From positions 1-6,053 of the IMG/VR virus record IMGVR_UViG_3300020029_000027: a DNA stretch of 6,053 bases; one strand, 5' to 3'. The notes beneath the pieces were generated by a model, which saw only the letters and a list, made by a program, of their open reading frames with translations, was not told where the DNA came from and did not search any database. Made by a program: the position numbers and the translations under genes. Shown piece after piece: positions 1 through 4,876 of this stretch; positions within the stretch are counted from its first letter, which is position 1, and every line of letters starts with the position of its first letter. Origin of the DNA: a virus.

Positions 1-121
1 AGAGAGTTCGGCCTGTTTTTGCATTTGTTCCAGGGCATAACGCTGCTGAAGCTTCATCTGCTTCTGCTGGAAACGCCACTGCCGACGGGCGTTCATTCCA
101 CCAAAAAGTTGGCCGATAGCG
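1..121. repeat. Terminal direct repeat, copy 1. Base-for-base identical to 5933..6053, so it is the circularisation overlap of a 5,932-nt circular genome.
   Basis: I compared the strings directly. Position 1 aligns with 5933 and position 121 with 6053, with no mismatch. The repeat lies inside a coding region (VP2), as expected for an assembly overlap rather than a biological terminal repeat. Confidence 0.95.
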
Positions 122-210
122 CCGGATATTAAACCGGTAGCGCCGGTAGAAGCAGCAGATTGGCCAAGAGCTTGACCAAAAGATGCGGCAGCGGCAACAG
201 GGGCAGGCAT
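1..210 (-). CDS. VP2: 5' portion (70 codons) of the VP2-like DNA pilot/minor capsid gene. It runs off the left edge and continues at 5932 on the circle.
   Basis: ATG at 210..208 (minus strand) opens MPAPVAAAASFGQALGQSAASTGATGLISGAIGQLFGG, then continues in frame into MNARRQWRFQQKQ..., which is the first residue of the track ORF 4877..6028. An in-frame TAA lies upstream at 223..225. The ATG sits 1 nt after the TAG stop (212..214) of the preceding gene. Confidence 0.8.
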   Translation of the reverse strand, partial: MPAPVAAAASFGQALGQSAASTGATGLISGAIGQLFGGMNARRQWRFQQKQMKLQQRYALEQMQKQAELS

Positions 211-211
211 A

Positions 212-514
212 CTACAAATGAGTTAAATTGTTAGAACGAATGATGTAATCAACACGAACAGTGTCAATGTGAACGCCACTACGCAGCATTCTAGCCTGTG
301 CAGAACACGAGGACAAGAAGAAGGCAGCCAAAGCAGCAACAATAGATGAGATGAGCGTCCAAAAGGCTTTAGACTTATAAAAGGGTTGCTTGATATCAGA
401 CATAGGGGTAAAATTTAAAGAACGATAGAAAAATGCGCGGCCTCTCCTGCAGTCGTTACCAATAACCTTCAGAAATTCACGGACTCTATCAGAAGGGGTC
501 CGCGCACGTAACAT
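212..514 (-). CDS. Small membrane protein, 100 aa from ATG 514. Alternatively a 63-aa lipoprotein precursor from ATG 403.
   Basis: The ORF is open with ATG at 514 and an internal ATG at 403. The N-terminal 37 aa are Arg-rich. From M38 the sequence reads MSDIKQPFYKSK (positive n-region), then AFWTLISSIVAALAAFFL (hydrophobic core), then L-S-S-C (lipobox-like, codons at 305..316), then a 31-aa tail. Its stop is 1 nt from the VP2 ATG, which suggests translational coupling. No homolog recognised by eye. Confidence 0.55.
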   Translation of the reverse strand: MLRARTPSDRVREFLKVIGNDCRRGRAFFYRSLNFTPMSDIKQPFYKSKAFWTLISSIVAALAAFFLSSCSAQARMLRSGVHIDTVRVDYIIRSNNLTHL

Positions 515-536
515 ATATCGTCGAGTGAAGACTGTA

Positions 537-833
537 CTATTTTTCTTCAGAATTAGCAGTCTTAGAAACGGACTTAGATCTATCTAGTTCTGAGTCAATG
601 AGTTCCTGACCAACCTCTAGGCCGTCAAACTTATCCATACGGGAAAAGGAATTAGGGTCGAAATCAAGGTCAGGATTGTAGCGTTCACCCTTGGCCCAGT
701 CAGACTGATCTGCGGGGAGATCCGGCCGGCCAGGGAGAACATCAACAGAGCCAGAGCCGTCAAGAACAGACAAAATACGATGCCCGCGAGAAACGTAAGC
801 GGGAGGGTCTTCAAGTAACCAATCAAGTGCCAT
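537..833 (-). CDS. Hypothetical acidic protein, 98 aa. Possible scaffolding-type protein; function unassigned.
   Basis: ATG at 833 lies 12 nt after the VP1 stop, and the ORF ends in TAG at 537..539. By my count it has about 21 Asp/Glu against 11 Lys/Arg. Codons are rich in T at the third position, like the hallmark genes. The position directly after the capsid gene and the acidity resemble microvirus scaffolding proteins, but I recognise no conserved motif. Confidence 0.55.
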   Translation of the reverse strand: MALDWLLEDPPAYVSRGHRILSVLDGSGSVDVLPGRPDLPADQSDWAKGERYNPDLDFDPNSFSRMDKFDGLEVGQELIDSELDRSKSVSKTANSEEK

Positions 834-845
834 AGAGTCAATATA

Positions 846-2636
846 CTAGCGATTAGACAAACGGGTTGCAAATGTTTTATTTACCAAATTCTTCTTCTGA
901 ACAGAATACGAGAGGTTAACAAAGAAATTGTCTTCCAGTGAGGAGGCAAACGGAGAATTTGCCTGAGCGATATCTACGAACAAGAGAGAGTAATACTTGT
1001 TATAGCTTGCAGACAAAACACGCTGTTGTACCCAATAAGAATAAAGGGGTACGGAATCAGACTGGCCTTGAAAGAAAGACAACTGACCAAGAACTTCATC
1101 GTAGGAGGATCGAAACTCATTGAAGCAGGGTTCGTAAGCTACAGCTTCTGCGGCCGAGGTAGTTCCAAAACCGAATTGAAAGCCAGGGATATCCTGATAT
1201 CCAATATCGTTATAAATGGGATTAAAATAATCAGCGCCGGTGTAATGGAGATAGTCAGGGTAAATGCCTGCCCAATAGTAGACAGGGCGAATACTCAACA
1301 TATCAATCATATAACCAGGCTCGCGGAAATAATAAGATTGACGACGACCAAGGCGTTCATTAAAAGCAATAGAGCCGCCTTGTTGACCAAGGGCAGGAGA
1401 ACCACCCTCGGTGTTGAAGTTATTAACACCAGCCTGATTCATAATAACCTGAACATTAATCGTCTGTGAAGCACTAAAAAGCAATTTAGGCCGATCAACG
1501 TGCTCAATTTTTGACGCGAAGAATGTTTCCAACCAGTCGCTATAACGAGAACCGCCGGCACCGAGTAAATCTTTGTATTCCTGAAGTCGCGAAGCAATGG
1601 CTAACTGCGGTATAGTGGTAACACCAGACATAGATACCCCCGCAGCACTACCGACGGGAAGCAGCCGACTGTAACGATCGGGATTCGAAGGTATAACGGC
1701 CATCGGATGAGCCACAAGAAAAGCCCCAAGATTAGTAACGGCCGTAGTACCTGGGTTGGTAGAAAATTGATTCGCGGGGCCCGCTTCAGTTAAAACGACA
1801 TTTCCGGGATAAAGAGAAGGAACGGGGTAACCATCCTTAGAAGCGGTAATCGCTGCACCAAGGTCCGAAAGGAGTATCTGAGAAAAAAGGTTCCCTCTAT
1901 TATACGTATTATTAGAGGAAGGGACGGCCGAAGGGTAGAACTGACTCTCAAAATAAGCGTCCAAAAATTCAAGATTACCAAATCTTTGCGAAAAGAACGA
2001 CGCGTCTTCATTGAATTGAGGGACATTATACGCTAATCCAGAGCTGTTAGGGATGAAATACCAGCTACTGGGCCACGCAAAGGAATAGAGTCCCCACTGG
2101 GAATAGCCGTAGTAGTTACGAACAATATCCCAATAGGCAAGATAAGAGTCGGCGTTACACCAACCTAAAGGATATTCCAATTGTGCGGCCGTAAGGTTAG
2201 CCGATACGGGAATATTACCGGAAGTGGGTGTCGGAATAGAAGCAGGAACAACACGCAGCCAACGAAGCAGTGAATTAGAATAAGGATAATTATTGGTCGT
2301 GAACTCGTATGTGCCAGTAGCCGAAGCGGCAATAAAATTTAAGCTCAAATCGTTCATATCAAACTTGCTGCCGTTCGTTCTCATCTCAGGATGATACAAC
2401 TGAAGAGGCACCCAGAAGCGATGGAGCCGAACAGTGTAAGGATTGAACGACGGAACAGCAAGGGGATTACTGCGAACATCAATGCCCTGCTCGATAGACA
2501 CACGATCGCGGGCGTTAATAAAATCGATTCGCACCGGGTACAAAATACCCGGTGTGCACGTAAAAGCCTTACTCTCAGGAACATCATAACGAGAGTAACC
2601 ATTTACTGAGTGTGAAATAAAAGGTTGTTTTCCCAT
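846..2636 (-). CDS. VP1: Major capsid protein (Microviridae VP1 / phiX174 F-like), 596 aa.
   Basis: It is the largest ORF, with ATG at 2636 and TAG at 846..848. The N-terminal pattern ...TPGILYPV...D(x)RSNPLAVPSF(x)YTVRLHRFWVPLQLY... matches the conserved N-terminal jelly-roll signature of Microviridae capsid proteins (compare phiX174 F ...LRLSPLRRGLAIDSTVDIFTFYVPHRHVY). Size and genome context (Rep immediately upstream, 5.9-kb circle) are consistent. Confidence 0.92.
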   Translation of the reverse strand: MGKQPFISHSVNGYSRYDVPESKAFTCTPGILYPVRIDFINARDRVSIEQGIDVRSNPLAVPSFNPYTVRLHRFWVPLQLYHPEMRTNGSKFDMNDLSLNFIAASATGTYEFTTNNYPYSNSLLRWLRVVPASIPTPTSGNIPVSANLTAAQLEYPLGWCNADSYLAYWDIVRNYYGYSQWGLYSFAWPSSWYFIPNSSGLAYNVPQFNEDASFFSQRFGNLEFLDAYFESQFYPSAVPSSNNTYNRGNLFSQILLSDLGAAITASKDGYPVPSLYPGNVVLTEAGPANQFSTNPGTTAVTNLGAFLVAHPMAVIPSNPDRYSRLLPVGSAAGVSMSGVTTIPQLAIASRLQEYKDLLGAGGSRYSDWLETFFASKIEHVDRPKLLFSASQTINVQVIMNQAGVNNFNTEGGSPALGQQGGSIAFNERLGRRQSYYFREPGYMIDMLSIRPVYYWAGIYPDYLHYTGADYFNPIYNDIGYQDIPGFQFGFGTTSAAEAVAYEPCFNEFRSSYDEVLGQLSFFQGQSDSVPLYSYWVQQRVLSASYNKYYSLLFVDIAQANSPFASSLEDNFFVNLSYSVQKKNLVNKTFATRLSNR

Positions 2637-2639
2637 AGA

Positions 2640-3710
2640 TTAAATAAGAAGTTGAAGTTTATAATAATCTCTCCAAAATTGGAGAACATCTAGATCCAAC
2701 CAAGCAGGAGGGTCAAAATCGGGCATTTTTCGCGAAGATGCGGAAAAGCGCATCATTTGCTTCGCTTCCCACGAATATGTCTCTCTACGGGATAGGGAGG
2801 AATCGAGACCGAACCTTTTAGCACACAAAGCAACAACATGCTGAACCAAAGGAGACTTGCTGAAGCGTGCATAAGCATCAGCAGCGGCCACCGAACGAAG
2901 GATTTCGTCTTTCTGTTCAAGATATCGAAGATAGTAGCGAGGAATCGAATATTTATAATCGACACCAGTTCTACCATCAAGATAAGACCACGACGAAATA
3001 CGGGCAGAAGGACGAGGGCGAATACCAAGATAATCACCAACGCCAGCGGAAACAAACTTCCTTGAATAGCGGCGATGTTGGAGAAGAGAAGACAGTGGTG
3101 TGCTTGTTCCATTTATCGTAACGTATTTATCCGAGACATCCTCGGGTTTGAATTCAATTTGCTTGGTAACATATTTAACACAATAACGAGCACGCTTAAG
3201 GGTAGCCTTCGAAAGCCAGACAAAACCTAAATCGGAGACGGCCGAACGAATGTCGTTATAAAGGGTATCGGTCGCGAAAAGAAAACCGTGAAAGTGAAGA
3301 CGAGGTTCGGAGCCGGTTTCGGGGTGAGTGCCAAACTCCTGAAAAAGAGCATGCTTGAAGGAATGACCGATACGATGGCGAAGGCGCTCATTCCATCGAC
3401 GAATGAAGGACGACGGGTTAATGAGGGCCTCGTTGTAATATTTAGGTGCTATAGTTATTGTAATAAAAATAGCCTGCTGATGCTCAGCCTTACATCGAGC
3501 GAGCTCGCGCTCGAGGCGAACGAACCAATCATTACGCTGACGACGCAGACAGTTTTCGCATTTTCCGCAGGGAACCATAAGCCATTGACGTGCGATGTCC
3601 CACGGTCGAAGAGCCAAGGCTGACTTTGCGACGTCAGAACCATTACGACAAGGATTCATCTTGTCAAAATAGCGGCGGTTGCGAATCCATATAGGAGAAA
3701 GACAGGCCAT
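2640..3710 (-). CDS. VP4: Rolling-circle replication initiator (Microviridae VP4 / phiX174 A-like HUH endonuclease), 356 aa.
   Basis: RCR motif I-like IFITITI (aa 81-87). HUH motif LHFHGFLF (H-F-H at 3288..3296). Double-tyrosine catalytic motif YCVKYVTK (3162..3185), directly comparable to phiX174 A YVAKYVNK. N-terminal Cys cluster MAC...PCGKCENC, typical of microvirus Reps. ATG at 3710 and TAA at 2640..2642, 3 nt before the VP1 ATG. Confidence 0.93.
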   Translation of the reverse strand: MACLSPIWIRNRRYFDKMNPCRNGSDVAKSALALRPWDIARQWLMVPCGKCENCLRRQRNDWFVRLERELARCKAEHQQAIFITITIAPKYYNEALINPSSFIRRWNERLRHRIGHSFKHALFQEFGTHPETGSEPRLHFHGFLFATDTLYNDIRSAVSDLGFVWLSKATLKRARYCVKYVTKQIEFKPEDVSDKYVTINGTSTPLSSLLQHRRYSRKFVSAGVGDYLGIRPRPSARISSWSYLDGRTGVDYKYSIPRYYLRYLEQKDEILRSVAAADAYARFSKSPLVQHVVALCAKRFGLDSSLSRRETYSWEAKQMMRFSASSRKMPDFDPPAWLDLDVLQFWRDYYKLQLLI

Positions 3711-3913
3711 CAGAAAAGACTTTTAACGCAATCGTATTTAACGTCAGGGCGATCAACACGACAACGAGCGACGAAATCAAAGGCGGAGGCCTCGTCGGAA
3801 AACCAAGCGATAACAACGCGCTTTTTACCACGATAGGCCGCAACGGAATAACTAAGGGGCCGACCATCAACAACAGGAGAAGTTCGCGGGCGAAATGCAT
3901 CAAAAATATCCAT
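3710..3913 (-). CDS. Hypothetical 67-aa protein immediately upstream of Rep and overlapping it by 1 nt.
   Basis: The track ORF 3710..3922 starts at TTG. The first ATG is at 3913 (MDIFDAFRPRTSPVVDGRPL...). Its TGA stop (3710..3712) shares one base with the Rep ATG (3708..3710), giving the junction TGATG. The composition looks globular and mixed-charge. No motif recognised. Confidence 0.5.
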   Translation of the reverse strand: MDIFDAFRPRTSPVVDGRPLSYSVAAYRGKKRVVIAWFSDEASAFDFVARCRVDRPDVKYDCVKSLF

Positions 3914-3932
3914 AATCGTCAAATATTATCAT

Positions 3933-3961
3933 GCGCTTCGAAAGACGGTACTTTCGAGCGC
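3933..3961. promoter_or_regulatory. Hairpin A: 11-bp stem with one bulged T and a 6-nt loop.
   Basis: gcgcttcgaaag (3933..3944), acggta loop, ctttcgagcgc (3951..3961). Pairs 3933-3937 with 3961-3957 and 3939-3944 with 3956-3951, with T3938 bulged. It ends 20 nt upstream of the ATG at 3913 on the coding strand. An alternative 5-bp stem, gcgcg 3958..3962 with cgcgc 3970..3974, competes for the right arm. Confidence 0.6.
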
Positions 3962-3985
3962 GAGAACTGCGCGCCTAAACGGCCT

Positions 3986-4011
3986 GCGAGATTTCAGGGC
4001 CTTGATCTCGC
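3986..4011. promoter_or_regulatory. Hairpin B: perfect 7-bp stem with a 12-nt loop.
   Basis: gcgagat (3986..3992) is the exact reverse complement of atctcgc (4005..4011). Confidence 0.5.
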
Positions 4012-4047
4012 CTCCGCGATATCTTCGGCACCGGAAATCATCACTCG

Positions 4048-4062
4048 GCCGTTCTTAACGGC
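4048..4062. promoter_or_regulatory. Hairpin C: 6-bp stem with a 3-nt loop, formed by an inverted pair of the GGCCGTT motif.
   Basis: gccgtt (4048..4053), ctt loop, aacggc (4057..4062). The complementarity is perfect. Confidence 0.5.
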
Positions 4063-4147
4063 AACGCAACTCTATATATCGACAAAAGTCAATCAATTTA
4101 CGATCAAAAACTAAAGAACGCTTCCCAGTAACGGCCGGGTTACAGTC

Positions 4148-4471
4148 TTACGGCCGCGGGTCTTCTTTCGACGTCGAGACTTCATCTTCAGCTAAGTTAA
4201 AATCAAAAACAATAACAAGTGTGTTGTCAAAATAATCAAGGCCAAAGCCAGGGTAACAGGAAAGCGACGAGACAAGGCGCGAAACATCTTTATGCCGCAA
4301 ATGGGCTGAATCGGAAATATCCGTCAATCTGATCAATTCAGAAACAGGGGTGTCCTGAAAAAGATCAAGAGGCAGCTGAACAAATTGACCGTCTTCGAGA
4401 CGACCCAATCGAACAAGATCAATCGCAAGAGCGGGATTAATACGACTAAGAACTACATGGATTTGGCTCAT
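4148..4471 (-). CDS. Hypothetical acidic protein, 107 aa. Function unknown; second scaffolding-type candidate.
   Basis: ATG at 4471 and TAA at 4148..4150, starting 11 nt after the stop of the preceding ORF. By my count it has about 17 Asp/Glu against 9 Lys/Arg. No recognisable motif. Confidence 0.55.
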   Translation of the reverse strand: MSQIHVVLSRINPALAIDLVRLGRLEDGQFVQLPLDLFQDTPVSELIRLTDISDSAHLRHKDVSRLVSSLSCYPGFGLDYFDNTLVIVFDFNLAEDEVSTSKEDPRP

Positions 4472-4482
4472 AAAAAATAAGA

Positions 4483-4797
4483 TTAAAAGTTAAAACTAAG
4501 ATTCTTGAGAAATGCTCGCCACTCTAGATCGACGACATGCCAAAAGTCTCCACCTTCAGGTGTACGAAGAAACAGAAAGGACGAAGAAACAGCGTCGCGG
4601 TAGGATAAAGTTCTACTACGAAAAAGCGTGGAAAGGCAGTCCCGAATACCCTCGCGGGCGTTGTCATAATCAGGGTTATTCCTGATAAAGTTATCCTTGA
4701 ATCTCGAATAATAGCCGCTCCGGACAAGCCACTCAACGAAAATATAGTCTGCGGCATCCAGGTAAAGGGGAGCAAGGCTAGGTTTGTTTCTTTTCAT
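4483..4797 (-). CDS. Hypothetical 104-aa protein from ATG 4797. The track ORF extends to a GTG at 4917, giving 144 aa.
   Basis: The first ATG in the ORF is at 4797 (MKRNKPSLAPLYLD...), with TAA at 4483..4485. The longer form would start at GTG 4917, overlap the VP2 3' end by 41 nt, and add a hydrophobic 40-aa N-terminus. The C-terminal segment FLFLRTPEGGDFWHVVDLEWRAF (TPEGGDFW at 4540..4563) looks like a conserved aromatic-rich motif, but I cannot assign a family. Confidence 0.55.
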   Translation of the reverse strand: MKRNKPSLAPLYLDAADYIFVEWLVRSGYYSRFKDNFIRNNPDYDNAREGIRDCLSTLFRSRTLSYRDAVSSSFLFLRTPEGGDFWHVVDLEWRAFLKNLSFNF

Positions 4798-4822
4798 AAT
4801 AATATGGTTATTGGTTACGATG

Positions 4823-4853
4823 CAAATGTACGATACGGGGATTGGAACACAAA
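4823..4853 (-). promoter_or_regulatory. Candidate Bacteroidota-type promoter (-33 TTTG / -7 TAnnTTTG) ahead of the 104-aa/107-aa gene pair.
   Basis: The coding strand reads TTTG (4853..4850), then 19 nt, then TACATTTG (4830..4823). This sits in the 79-nt gap between the VP2 stop and ATG 4797, and the -7 element ends 25 nt upstream of that ATG. It matches the published Bacteroides consensus form TTTG-N(~19-21)-TAnnTTTG. It is a single site and could occur by chance in T-rich sequence. Confidence 0.3.
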
Positions 4854-4876
4854 GTTCAAAAAGTCGAAAAAGTTGT

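Larger units (their letters stand above)
3923..4147. promoter_or_regulatory. The only substantial noncoding region (225 nt). It has a GC-rich structured half and an AT-rich half. Candidate origin and transcription-control region.
   Basis: No ORF longer than 15 codons on the coding strand. It contains three clear hairpins, an AT-rich tract (4071..4120) and four direct copies plus one inverted copy of a GGCCGT(T)AAG-like motif. Its location between the last accessory gene and the Rep operon is typical for control regions of small circular ssDNA replicons. Confidence 0.6.

Noticed and set aside
1-121. The terminal 121-nt repeats as biological ends, such as an LTR, transposon ends or direct terminal repeats for packaging.
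   Set aside because: The repeat is direct, perfectly identical, and sits in the middle of the VP2 reading frame, which is restored seamlessly when the circle is closed. That is the signature of a linearised circular assembly.
3994-4041. A 15-codon ORF (MISGAEDIAEARSRP) on the coding strand inside the intergenic region, considered as a possible J/VP8-like peptide.
   Set aside because: It is acidic to neutral rather than basic, has no upstream signal, and overlaps hairpin B. It is most likely fortuitous.
4071-4096. A sigma70-like promoter on the coding strand: TTGACT (4092..4087) or TTGATT (4096..4091), with TATATA/TATAGA (4078..4071).
   Set aside because: The spacing between the -35-like and -10-like hexamers is only 8-14 nt, not 16-18 nt. 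The match probably just reflects the AT-rich tract.
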